From Ancylonema sp. (Eukaryota), in the NCBI GenBank assembly GCA_050230475.1, contig JBFLGF010000009.1, positions 62,001 through 121,795 on the forward strand: a stretch of 59,795 bases of DNA. Reading direction: 5' to 3'. Of this stretch, positions 47,505 through 59,795 are shown piece by piece. Position 1 is the stretch's first letter, and each line of letters begins with the position of its first letter. Under the pieces are notes generated by a model. The model did not search any database. It had not been told where the DNA came from and saw only the letters and a list, made by a program, of their open reading frames with translations. The translations under genes were made by a program, and so were the position numbers.

Positions 47505-49659
47505 ATGCTGTCGATACGTTTCGCTGGGCAGAATGAAAACAGGCAGGGCAATGCTTTGGCACAGAGTGATGGAAAACATGGGGCGTCCGCAATCGCGAAA
47601 TCGGAAAAAATAAAAATCGAAAGCACAGAGGATTTTGAGCTCCGTGGTAATTCTGAAACTGGTGGCGACTCTCTAGGTCTGAATCTGATCGGGTTCAAGG
47701 TTGTGAGAAGAGCCGGGTACAAGGTCCATTTCTGCACGTGCTGCGACTTTCCGATCGCTGTGTACGGTCAAATGGTACGTCATGGTTCGGGAATGCGGTA
47801 TGCCAGTTTGCAATGCCGGACGGGGCCATTCGCGACCTATGCTAACCGTTCTATGACAAAATTACCTGATTCAACCTGACTTGCAGATCCGTACAGTATC
47901 TTTGCTCCCTGCATGACAGCATCTGCGCAAGTGACAAAAGAATGTAAAATACGTGGCTGCATTCTAAGACTATTCAACACTATTGGTGGATGTGATTGAC
48001 AGTAGTTCAAATTCAATTCGGCATTTCCCATCACTAGTACACTCTGGCGGCAGTGTCTCCCGGCCTACTCGTTTGCCTCGCAGGAATGACATGTGCCTTT
48101 CTTTTGCTGCAGAAGCCCTGTCTACATGCCCTCTGCCTGACGTGTGCGGAATCAAGGGACACTTGTCACTTGTACGCTTCTCGCCACCTCCTCTTCTTCT
48201 ATCGGCCAAAATATTGTGGGATACCAGTTTTTTATAACGAATAACCATGACTGTGTAGGTGACAATATGAAAGTGACTCAAACACAGGAATGGACATCTG
48301 TGGGAACACAAATATGCATACACATGTGCCTGTGCAGATCTGCACATGTACATTCATGTGTATGAGCCTGAAAGTGCATGTTTGTCTACGTGTTCATGCA
48401 GAGCCATGTGCAGAATTCATATGCTCAAAGTACATCTGGAAAGATGAGCCGAAACAGAAACTGAGCATTATTTTCATTATAAATCTAGATACAGATTCGT
48501 CACCGGTTATCAATGTAAATGCGTACGACCACACATGCAAATGTTCAAAGTGAGAAGTGTTTTTATGACCTGTGATCCTGCGGGAGTTCTTTTTTATGTC
48601 TTCCGCTGAAGCATTTTTTTCATTTTTTCGAAATAATGTGTCATTCACGCGGGTAGTCATGAGTTTGTGTGAAGTCATGTCAAGTTTGGGATCCAATATT
48701 CACATTCTCTTTCTTGCCAATGATTTTCGCCACATCCACCTCTTCGCCTCGTTCCTCTTTTCTCCCCCACTCCCACCACCGATCAACTCTTCACTTGTTC
48801 CAATACCCCCCCCCCTGGGGGTCACACCTTCACATCCAGCCTCACCCTAAACCGCCCTCTGCCCCTCTCCCTCCCTCCCTCCCCTCCCCTCTCCAGGTGC
48901 GGTGCCAGTATACAAAAAGTGATTCCACTGGACCACCAGGACGGCCTCTACCTGTGCGGCACTCCCGGCTGTCTCCTCTCTTTCTTGGACCGATCCTCTT
49001 TCACGGCCCACGTGCGATCCGCCCACTCTGATCTCTGTCCATTTCCCCCAACCCCTAAAACCCTAAACCACGATACCCTCCTCTCTCCCCCCAATGCCAA
49101 GCGACTCGCCCCATCGGACGCCGCCTCCCTACACTCTCCAGCTGCTCCAGACTCCCAGGCAACTTCCAAGAAAGATCCAACCCCTCCTTCTACCTCTGCC
49201 ACCCCCCCTTTCAAGCAAACCCCTCCCCCGTTCACGCAAACGCCCACCCATGTGGCTGGGGGCGGAGGCCACCCCGGAAAGTTCCTGGAAGGTCCTGGAC
49301 AGATGCACCCCCCCCACCAGCCCCCAATGTTCCATCCCGGTCCCGGTCCCGGGGGTCATCCAAACATGATGGGTGGCATGGGGTATCACCCGGGGGGGGG
49401 GCCAGGGCCAATGGGGGGTCCACCCCCAGGCTGGGGTGGTGGTGGGTTCGGCTGGGGACCAATGGGGGGTGGGCCGCATTTGGGACCCCCATTCATGGAG
49501 GATGGGCATCCCCCGTATCATGAGATGGGAGGGGGGCAGTTCATGGGACCACCACGCCCCTTTATACCGAATGGGCCGCACGGAGGGGGGATGGAGGGGT
49601 GGGATCCGAGTTTTGGACCAGGTAGAGGGTTTGGAGGGGCGTGGAATGGGCCGCAGTAG
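47505..49659 (+). CDS. HAKAI: E3 ubiquitin ligase HAKAI (CBLL1), m6A writer complex subunit
   Basis: Exons 47505-47774, 48113-48171, 48897-49659. MLSIRF start; RING VHFCTCCDFPIAVYGQMKPCLHALCLTCAESRDTCHLC; C2H2 LYLCGTPGCLLSFLDRSSFTAHVRSAH; Gly/Pro-rich tail. Confidence 0.93.
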
Positions 49660-50922
49660 CAGTAGGGGTTTTGTGAACCCTTCAAAAAAACCCAGAGGTG
49701 TAATGTGTGGGATAGGTGAGAGACCTGAGGTACCTACATGTGGTACCTCACTAGGAAAGTACGTTTTGTTGGCGATGTGTCGGGATTTTATTTGTGTATT
49801 GGTATCAAATGAGTGATTTGTGCGGACTGATGTCGACGGCTTTTCGCATGATTGGTGTACCAATGTTTCTGACGTCTCTAAATGCTGACTCCGCCCTTCT
49901 GTCACAAATTTCTGATTGACACTGGGGTACGTCTACAATCCCTAGTTTAGTAAATGTTGTGTTGCAGTCTGCATGAGAAGTCAGCTTGTCGTGATTGGTT
50001 GCCCCTAGTAGTCATGCAGACTAATACTTTGAAATTATTATCACTTCACAAAATCCAGCTTTCATATTCTGTGGGATGGATGGTTGCCTAGATACCACTT
50101 GAGATGCCTTTCAGATTTATACCATAAGCTTTGCGGATAGGACACACAGTGTGTATGGAGTCTTTTCGCGAGGAGTTTGTGGCTTTTCGTGATGGAGAGA
50201 GCATGCTTAATGGGGTTTTGCTTGGTTGCTCGATTCGACTTGACTAGCAACCAAATTTTGGCAATGTACCGACTAACACGAATAAGAAGTAATGTCATGG
50301 CTTCGCACGGGTGGTTGTTATCCATTGACGAGTTGTGATTGAGACAAATATAGAACAACCAATCACAAAAACTGAAGTGTTAAACAAGTGACAACATATC
50401 ATGGCCCTGGCATGATAATCGTAGCGTCCCATCCTCATACGATCTGAGAGTGATGATGAAAAAATAGTTGCACGGAGAAGACCTAAGGACCCGAGAGTCG
50501 GTTCTAGGTCCGACCGGGACCCCAAAAAAAAAGTGGAGGACCGGACTTAGAGCCTTGTAGGGTTTTGGAAAAGTGGAATAAATCAAGATTTATATAGCGG
50601 ATTAAAAACTGTAAACTCACCGAAAGTTTCCACTTGTTTTGACTGATCATAAACAACAATTTTGGCATCTTGTGATGTCGTGCAAATGGGGCACTTGTTC
50701 ATCTCATGGCATTGTTATACCACTTCCTAGGTTTCATGTGAATATCACTTGACTTCTGTTAAATCATTTTGCATCACGCATCATGATAACGCACATAACA
50801 ACCGATCACATTGTGGCGAGACAATTTCTCCTTGAGCCACATGACATCAAACAACACCATATTACATCACATAACGTACGTGTGCACTAACTCGACCTCC
50901 TCCCTTTCTTTCTAGGTCGTTC

Positions 50923-51400
50923 CTAGTTCCTTGTCCCAAACGACTGAAACGCTCTAGATCTCTTCCCCAACCTCATGTTGGTACAAACGTAGACTATGTC
51001 ATCAGTCCTCTTTGGTGTTGGGCAGTTGCGCTTCTTAGAACGGTTAAAGTTGTACGCGCTCCAATTTTGCTCACACGCTCCAGCCCTAAATACCATGGCC
51101 AAGACTCTCATTGCCACTGTTTGTAGCTCGGGAAACTCGACCCCATGCTGGATCCGCCAATAATAAGATGGCATGTTCTTCGCCACGAACATGACGAGCT
51201 AGTCGCCTAAAACTCCCTCCATGCTGACGTAAGCCGCGTGCCCCAACAATGCACGCTTTGCCTCTTTCTCGTATGTAGCCCTTTCATGACTTCTCAGTTT
51301 AACTTTCTGTTGTGAAAATTTGGGTCGAGCGCAAATCCAACGCAGTGATATGGGCTCGTGAATGCATCCTAACGAGATTGGAAGATCTCTCGCACCTCGC
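50923..51400 (-). mobile_element. hAT transposase remnant (C-terminal dimerisation domain)
   Basis: W..HGVEFPELQTVAMRVLA..AGACEQNWSAY..SKKRN..DDIVYVCTNMRL is the hAT dimerisation motif. The upstream part is disrupted by stops and frameshifts. Confidence 0.85.
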
Positions 51401-52906
51401 CAATCACGGCATCATGCCCGCAAGACACTCCTAAAGACATTTAGTCGATCAGCTGTAGCTCCACATACGCATTACTGACAATTGTTCGGATGTACTGACA
51501 CAACGGTAGGGTTATCATTGTTAGAAGTGGCTGGCAGTACATGTTGCACATAACGACAAAGCTTGTACAAAGTTGTAGCATTTACACTCTGACCTCATTC
51601 GGTTAGAGTGCACCTCGGGAACCGCTGACCTTTTTGCACTAGCAATCTTGTGCATTTGTTTTTGTATTTGCATTTGAGTGTGCTCGGCTGGTATGCTAGT
51701 GTGAAGTCTTTGATTCATTGGAATGTGCATTTGATCGTATGATCTACATTTAATATAGATATAGCTAATAGTCATCTTTGCCACCACCTAACGCTTCGAA
51801 CACGTTACATCCACGCGCTAGCATTGCGTTGCCACTGGGTAGGCTGGTGATTTATAATTGGCATGCTATTAGGAATAGCAAGGTATTGGCAATTGCCATT
51901 AGTTTGAGCGCATGAGTTTGGTGCGGATCTGGATTAGATAAAGTAGCACGTGTGACCAGACACGTGTGTGGTGCATGTAACGATGAAGTTCGTCGGAACG
52001 ATGGAAAGACACGTGTGAATACGACACGATGTTAGATGGCACGAAACAAAAAATGACGAGGCATATCATCCATACAACAACAATTATCTTGCTATACCGT
52101 GAAACGATTTATACATCCATAAAGCCAACGTCATCGTGGCAAAGGCACCGGCTGGCCAGACTACCATATAAGCACACGATCGAATGTGGTATGACACGTT
52201 ATATTACGATCAGCCTAGAGTGTATTAATCTGTTCGGTCTAGACCGTACCTAATATTGATCACATGAAAAGTTATAGCGATCCCTTATTCGGTTGAATTT
52301 TAATACCCTTTGACCGCCCACACAAGTACGCATTCCCATTGCGAAAAATATGAAAATGCATTTTCATGGAGCCCGGAATCACAAATCGTGTAAATCCCTC
52401 CTTCTGATGGCGGCCAACTCTGATTCGATTCGAGAATGCCGCAATCCAAAAGTGGGAGATGAAAATTTGGCTTTGTAGCAAATCATCCTAGTGGGAAAAC
52501 CATGACTTTAACTGCGACTTTGATTCCATACCTAGCGGGTTATACGTTCCCAAACTTGCACGTGGTTAACTACACTTATCTCGACTAACGACCACCTTGA
52601 ATTGTCCCCAAAAGTTGGGCATGCGTTGCATACCTACAAGAGTTGTCGAGGTATACCGAAGCGAATAAGAAATGGAGATTTTTTTGACATGTCGTGAGTA
52701 TGGTTCCAGGATTGTCAAAATTGAATATTTTCTCACAAATGAGGCATTTTGGAGTACAACAAAAAATCAAGCGACAAGTGTGTCCGCCCCTAACATCGAC
52801 ATTCGGGTTTAATAGTAATATTAAAAAACACGGAGGTAGGCATGAATGCCATACCAAACAATAAACATGGCAATTAAAACTCCCCCCCTCCACCCCCCTA
52901 AACACC

Positions 52907-55100
52907 TCAAGTAACAGCTTCAGGTGCAGAATTACAATAAGGTGTCGTTAGACACATCAACCTCGTCCCACTTAGACCCACGAGCACAAAAACAAGTCCC
53001 ATGCCTAGCCCCGCCAGCGTCCGTTTCCTATCCAGCCTCATTGCCCGTACCAACAACCCATTCCCCGCGGCTGGGATTAATGCGCCGCACGCCAGCAACA
53101 TCCAGCACTCCAACCACTTGCCGCTAAGGCCCCCCAAAATGGCCCCCCACGCCCCAACCGGCCCAGCCAACCCCGTGAGCGCCGCAGCCAGCAGCGCCAT
53201 ATTCCCATTCTTGCTTCCCCCATACATAGCGCCCGCCACCGCCACCCCCCTCGGCAGCCCGTGTAAAGCGGCTGGGAGCAGCGTGTCCATCCCCAACCCC
53301 TTTGCATGGGGGGCAGCCACGCCCAACATGAGCCCTTCCGCCAGGGCTTGACACACGACGGCACCACACGCCAAAATCGTGGCCTTGTCGACCGGATTCA
53401 TCCCGCCCCCCTTCTCCACACGCATCACCTCCCCATCCCCCAGCCTCCCCTGCTTGCCACCCCCCCGCAACCCGTTCCAGATCCTGGACACAGCTGTGTA
53501 TGAAAAGGCGCCCACGTAGAGAAGGCCCAGTATGGAAAAGAAACCCATTTTTTTACCCACCCATACGTGGAGAGGTCTCCAGGCTGCGAGCACTAGCATG
53601 ACTCCTGCTGCTAGTCCGGATAAGAGGGTGGGGTGGAGGCGGATGGCGCCCCGCAGTCCGACCAATAGGAGGCCGCCGAGGAAAGGACCCACAACGAATA
53701 GGAGGGACCAAAGCATGGGAGGGAGAGGACTCATGCTGCTGCCAATCCGACGTAAAAAACCCAAAAACCCACAAACCCAAAACCCCAAAACCCCAAAACT
53801 CAAAACCGGAAAAGCGACACCCAAGGGCCTTGTACCCGACACCTTGGGTTCAGATTGAGGTGGTGTGACAAAGTAAAGGAAGGGGAGACTGGTTGGAATG
53901 GGGTGAGGGGTCTATAGGCCTAGAGGTCGAGTTGGGGGGAGGGTTGATGTGCCGTAAAGTCAAATTACGTTGACTGATGGTGGATGGTCCACTCTGTACG
54001 CATTATAGGGAGGGGATAGGTCGAAGTGGTTAGATTAGTAAAATGTACCTATCACTACGAGTCATCATTATTTGTATGAATGCTCTCCAGCGCTTGTCTT
54101 AAATCTCAAGGCAATGTCCATGTGTAGGTGGAATTTTTTTTTTCGGAAAAAAACCCTAAAACCTGAGACTCGAAAAAACCCTGAAGTCCCTGAACCCTAA
54201 AATATGGACACAATGACAGACAACACGACCATCGACTTTTCTCTGAACCTCAACACTGTGCACTGTGCACCCTGTAACCCGTGACCCGTGACCCGTAACC
54301 CTGAACCCTGAACCCTGAACCCCGGAATCTGTATTTTGCTTGCTGCGACCTGAAGATGGATGCCCTCCATGAATGTTTTTTGGTTTGCAATCAGTCCTCA
54401 AGGCTCACAGAGCCTACCCCCGATCTTTTCCCCCAAATACTCCAACAATGTGCCAAACCGATGCGACCATATTCGCTTAGTACCCTCATAGTACCCTCCC
54501 CTCGCCCTCTCAACCCCACCTCCTCTCTTCTACCATTTCCTTTCCGCCCCAATCTATTAAACCAGATCACAGACAACTTTACATATTCACACACCCCCCC
54601 TATGACTCCGTATAAGACCCCATGTGGGACATGTGCACCTGATGACCGACCCTGCATACATACCTTGCAGGGCCATCCAGACTTTGCAAAGCGGTTCCCA
54701 CCCCCTCCATGACCGCTACTGAGATGGTGGCAGCAGTGGCCACATGAGAGGGGTTGGATTCCTGCCCACCCGACCCACCCACCCCAACCGACCCCTCTGA
54801 TTCAATATCCCCACCCTACCGACCCTTTGTGTCCATCCCAAGCACCCCAGGCTGGGCAGCACCCCCGTTTCATCCCAGCCGAGGGTGATGCTTCAAGATA
54901 TAATATAAGAGGAGTAATATTTATGCGTGTGTGGGAGACAGACGGGGTTAGATATATCAGATAAGAGGAGTGATGGGGGATGGGGGGGGTGACCTTGAGG
55001 CTGTCAGGCATGACTTCACCGAACACCATCCAGATCATGCACCCCGCAGCAAACCCCACGCAGATGGGCAGGAACTGGTTGAAAGAGTCCGCGCAGAGGA
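52907..55100 (-). pseudogene. 5'-truncated ZIP-family metal transporter (At3g08650-like); remaining exons intact
   Basis: Exons about 55100-54994 (LCADSFNQFLPICVGFAAGCMIWMVFGEVMPDSLK), 54761-54664 (ESNPSHVATAATISVAVME) and 53741-52907 (..ALAEGLMLGVAAP..LHGLPRGVAVA..RLMCLTTPYCNSAPEAVT*). The N-terminal half is absent; the sequence switches at 55101 to the HAKAI duplicate. Confidence 0.85.
54150..54325 (+). repeat. Degenerate telomere-like / (ACCCTGA)n repeats in a ZIP intron
   Basis: AAAACCCTAAAACC, CCTGAACCCTAAAA, and ACCCGTG/ACCCTGA heptamer runs. Related AAAACCC(C)A runs occur at 53755-53805. Confidence 0.65.
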
Positions 55101-55332
55101 TCGACCTGACTTGCAGTTCCGTCCGGTATCTTTGCTCCCTGCATGACAGCATCTGCGCAAGTTACAAAAGAAGTGGCTGCGTGCTTAAACTATTCAACAC
55201 TATTGGTGGATGTGATTGACTGTAGTTGAAATTCAATTCGGCATTTCCCATCACTCGTACAATCTTGCGGCAGTGTTTCCTGGCCTACTCGTTTGCATTG
55301 CAGGAATGACACGTGCCTTCCTTTTGCTGCAG

Positions 55333-56873
55333 AAGCCCTGTCTACATGCCCTCTGCCTGACGTGTGCGGAATCAAGGGACAATTGTCACTTGTACGTTCC
55401 TTACCACCTCCTCTTCTATCGGCCAAAATATTGTGGTATACCAGTTTGTTATAACGAATTTCCATGACTGTGTAAGTGACAATATGAAAGTGACTCAAAC
55501 ACATGGATGGACATCTTTGGGAACACAGATATGCGTACACGTGTTCTTGTGCAGATCTGCACATGTATATTCATGTGTATGAGCCTGAAAGTGCATGTTT
55601 GTCTACGTGCTTGTACAGAGCTATGTGCAGAATCTATACACTCAAAGTACATTTGGACAGATGAGCCGAAACAGGGACTGAGCATTTGGTTAATCATAAA
55701 TCTAGATACAGATTCATCACCGATTATCAATGTAAATGCATACTACTACACATGCAAATGTTCAAAGTTGGAAGCATTTTTACGACCTGCAATCCTGCAG
55801 GAGTTTTTTTGTTTTCTTTAGCTGAAGCAAAAATTTCATTTTTTCGAAATAAAGTGTCCTTCATGCGGGTAGTTATGAGTTTAAGTTATGTCATGTCAAG
55901 TTTATGATCCAATATTCACGTTCTCTTTCTTGCCAATGATTTTCGCTACATCCACCTCTTCGCCTTGTTCCTCTTTTCTTCCAAAACCCCGACCACCAAT
56001 CAACCCTTCACTTGTTCCAATACCCCCTGGTCACCCTTTCATATCCATCCTCACCACATTCATATTCAGCCTCTGCCCCTCTGTCTTCCTCCCCTCTCTA
56101 GGTGTGGTGCCAGTATACAAAAAGTGATCCCAGTGGACCACAACGGCGGCCTCTACCTCTGCGGCACTCCGGGTTGTCTCCTCTCTTTCTTGGACCGATC
56201 CTCTTTCACTGCCCACATGCGATCGGCCCACGCCGATCTCTGTCCATTTCCCCCAATCCCTAAAACCCTAAACCTCGATACCCTCCTGCCTCCCCCCAGT
56301 GCTAAGCGTCTCCCCCCCTCAGACGCCGCTTCCCTACACACTCCAGCTGCTCCTGACTCCAAGGCAACTTCCAAGAAAGATCCAACCCCTCCTTCTACCT
56401 CTGGCACCCCCCCTTTCAAGCAAACCCCTCCCCCTTTCACGCAAACGCTCACCCATGTGGCTGGGGGCGGAGGGCACCCCGGAAAGTTCCTGGAAGGTCC
56501 TGGACAGATGCACCCCCCCCACCAGCCCCCGATGTTCCATCCTGGTCCCGGTCACGGGGGTCATCCAAACATGATGGGTGGTGGTCCCGGCATGGGGTAT
56601 CACCCGGGGGGAGGCCCAGGGCAACTGGGGAATGCACCCCCAGGCTGGGGTGGTGGTGGGTTCGGCTGGGGACCAATGGGGGGTGGGCCACATAGGGGAC
56701 CTCCGTTCATGGAGGATGGGCATCCCCCGTTTCATGAGATGGGAGGGGGGCAGTTTATGGGACCACCACGCCCCTTTATACCGAATGGGCCACACGGAGG
56801 GGGGATGGAGGGGTGGGATCCGAGTTTCGGACCGGGTAGAGGGTTTGGGGGGGGGTGGAATGGGCCGCAGTAG
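55333..56873 (+). pseudogene. HAKAI: Second HAKAI copy lacking exon 1; exons 2-3 intact
   Basis: Exons 55333-55391 and 56102-56873 have an open frame and intact splice sites. Exon 1 (start codon and first RING Cys pair) is replaced by ZIP sequence. Confidence 0.85.
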
Positions 56874-58163
56874 GGGTTTGGTAAACCCTTCACAGAAACC
56901 CAAAGGTGTAGGGTGTGGGATTGGTGAGAGAGGAGGACCTAAATACAGTACTTCACTGGGAAAGTACGTTTTGTTGGCTATGTGTCGGGAATTTATTTGT
57001 GTCTTGGTACCAAATGAGTGATTTGTGCGGATTGATGTCGACGGCTTTTCGCATGATTGTTGTCCCAATGTTTCCGATGTCTCTAAATGCTGACAAATTT
57101 CTGATTGACACCCGGGTATATTATTTGCACATATTTTGTCTACAATCCCTAGTTTGGTAAAATTTGTGTTGCAATCTGCACAAGGAGTCAGCTTGTCGTG
57201 ATTGGTTGCCCCTAGTAGTCATGGAGACCAATAGAATGAAATCATTATCACTTCACAAAATCCAGCTTTTATATTCTGTGAGATGGATGGTTGCCTAAAT
57301 ACCACTTGAGATGCAATTCAGATGCCTTTCAGATTTATACCTTAAGTTTTGTGGATAGGATACACAATGCGTATAGAGTATTTTCGCGAGGAGTGTGTGC
57401 CTTTTCGTGATGGAGAGAGCATGTTTGATGGGGACTTGCTTGGTTGCTCGATTCGACTTGATCAGCAACCAAAGTTTGCCCATGTACCGACTGCCACGAA
57501 TAAGAAGTAATATCATGGCTTTGAACCTGCGGTTGTTATCCATTCATGAGTTGTAATTGAGACAAACATAGAACAATCAATCACAAAATCTGAATTGTTA
57601 AACACGTGACCGCATATCATGGCCCTAGCATGATAACCGTAGCATACCATCCTCATACGATCAGAGAGTGAAAATGAAAACATAGTAGCACGGAGAGGAC
57701 CCGAGAACCCGAGGACCCGAAAGTCGGTTCCAGATCCAACCGGGACCCCCAAAAAAAAAGTGGAGGACCGGACTCAGAGCCTTTCAGGGTTTTTTAAAAG
57801 TGGAATAAATCAAGATTTAGAAGGAATTAAAAATTATAAGCTCACCGAAGCTTTCCACTTGCTTAGATCAATCATAGACAATAATCTTGGCGTCTTGTGA
57901 TGTGTATCTATATGCTCTCTCTTCATTTGTCGTGCAAATGGGGCACATGTTCATCTCGTGGCATTGTTACTCCACTTCCAAGGTTTCTTGTGAATATCAC
58001 TTTACTTCTATAAAAAATATTTTACATCACGCATCATGATAATGCACTTAACAACCAAGCACACTGTAGCGAGTTAACTTCTTCTTAAGCCACATGACAT
58101 CAAACGATACCATATTACAACTATGTCGTACGTGTGCACTCACTCGACCTCCTCACTTTCTTC

Positions 58164-58680
58164 CTAAGTCATTTCTAGTTCCTTGTCCCATTCAGCAAAC
58201 GACTCAAACGATCTAGATCTCTTCCTCAACCTCTTGTTGGTGCAAACGTAAACTATATGATCAGCCCTCTCTGGAGTTGAGCGGTTGTGCTTCTTAGGAT
58301 GGATAAAATTGTGCGCGCTCCAATTTTGCTCACACGCTCCAGCCCAAAATACCATGGCCAACACTATCACAGCCATTGTTCGTAGCTCAGGAAACTTGCC
58401 TCCATGCTGAATCCACCACTAGTAAGATGGCATGTTCTTCGCCATGGATATGACGAGCTTGTCGCCTAAAACTCCCTCCTTGCTGGCATAAGCAGCGCGC
58501 CCCAACAATGCACTTTCGCCTCTTTCTCCCCGAGCATAAGGGTGCATATCGTCCGTAGCCCCTTCATGACTTCTCAAATAAACTTTCCGACGTGAAAATT
58601 TGGGTCGAGCGCAAATCTAGCGCAGTGATAGGGGCTCGAAAATGCATCTCATCGAGATTGGAAGATCTCTCGCACCTCGT
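58164..58680 (-). mobile_element. hAT transposase remnant, second copy
   Basis: SYYWWIQHGGKFPELRTMAV.VLAM..AGACEQNWSAH.FIHPKKHNR.TPERADHIVYVCTN; lies within the duplicated block. Confidence 0.85.
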
Positions 58681-59795
58681 CGACTGTCCGACCAACTAGA
58701 CAAACTCCTTTGTCTCCGTCTCCAATTTGTGCACACATTCTTCTTCGAAGTAATCGACCAAGTGATCGAGCAACTCTGATTAGTTCAACGATACCAAACG
58801 TGTGACGTTCGTCGATACAATTTAGTACATGGCTCACAAACTCAACACGTCAGTTTGAGCGCGATGATTTATATTTAGCAGCCAAATGTCAAATTTTGGG
58901 TTAAACCTTGAGTTTTCAAAAATAAATGAAATCGAAAATATGCAACGCACGTTACCACTAATGATTGCATTGGACGCGTCTTTAACAAAACGATTGCTTT
59001 CCAGCCGAATCTAGCACCCTTGATAAAGACACGTTGCTCATTGCCTCCATCTCTAGTATACTTCTTGTCAATTGCTATAACCATATAATTTGTTTCAAGT
59101 ATTCGGTCAATGTGAGTCTGCCAACAGGCAAGGCAGTGCCAACGCTTGGACGTAATGAGTCCGAAGCGTCAGGTATGTTCCAGAAGTGTGTCGACACTAG
59201 ACGAAAGGTCAAACGTTCAGGTTCTATTCCTCTTCAATACAGTATGCACAAAATACATAGCCAGCCAAAACACATCAATCACATCGAAAACTGCAAAGAA
59301 TACAAACGTAAAATGAAAGCTTCTTCTCGTGGCGAACACTGACCAAATGCGGCAAAAGTGCACAGATTACACATTGTGTAGCTCGTAGCTGCCGCTATCC
59401 TCCCGACAGCCGTCCGGTGCGTCAGGAACTATAGTCGTGATCAAGTTTGTTAATTCGCGCAGGCTCCACACGTGGGCTTATCCTAAAAGCGGCCAATGAG
59501 CGCTAAACAACAACACTACTCATGTGCACGTCCGACAACTAGCGACACTGCTAGGAGTTGTCTGACTGCCAAGTGCGCGTGTGTGATGTCCACATGCCGC
59601 CTGTTATGGCGCTTAAGGAGAAGAGCGTCATAGCTTAAACAAGCAAATACATTCACACAAGCACTTAATAGAGATGGAGAAAAGCACTAGTATAAAGGTA
59701 AGTACATAGGATAGGATAGGATAAGATAGGAACATCTGAAAAGGCGTTCTTATCGAGTATGAATACTAAACAGGTAAAAACACTCAAATGGGAGA

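Larger units (their letters stand above)
55101..58680 (+). repeat. Diverged segmental duplicate of about 47871-51400 (HAKAI intron 1 to hAT remnant)
   Basis: Colinear similarity through introns, exons, 3' region and the hAT remnant, with many substitutions and small indels. Confidence 0.95.

Noticed and set aside
58700..59795. Missing 5' half of the ZIP transporter
   Set aside because: I could find no ZIP motifs (such as HNIPEG or HSFGEG) in this stretch.
1..59795. tRNA, rRNA or snRNA genes
   Set aside because: None recognisable by eye; tRNAscan-SE and Infernal would be needed to exclude them.

Overview
Intron-rich eukaryotic nuclear DNA from a green plant-lineage organism. The plant-type orthologues plus a retained MinC-like gene suggest a streptophyte alga or bryophyte-grade lineage; the species cannot be determined from the sequence. 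About 12 spliced genes were reconstructed by hand from GT(GC)-AG boundaries: violaxanthin de-epoxidase (5' part), an unknown coiled-coil protein, Mediator MED25/PFT1 (with internal duplications), a plastid MinC-C-domain/4-TM fusion, an NFKBIL1-like coiled-coil protein, CGL160 (with a local lesion), ATG13, a long coiled-coil protein, PPD7, a DUF1499-like protein, HAKAI, and a 5'-truncated ZIP-family transporter. The ZIP gene is joined back-to-back to a diverged, 5'-truncated second HAKAI copy. Also present are CRE-like retroelement and hAT transposase remnants, many intronic 8-11 nt tandem repeats, telomere-like repeats and perfect palindromes. The most interesting item is the spliced MinC-C + membrane-domain fusion. 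All family calls come from recognising motifs by eye; no database search was run.
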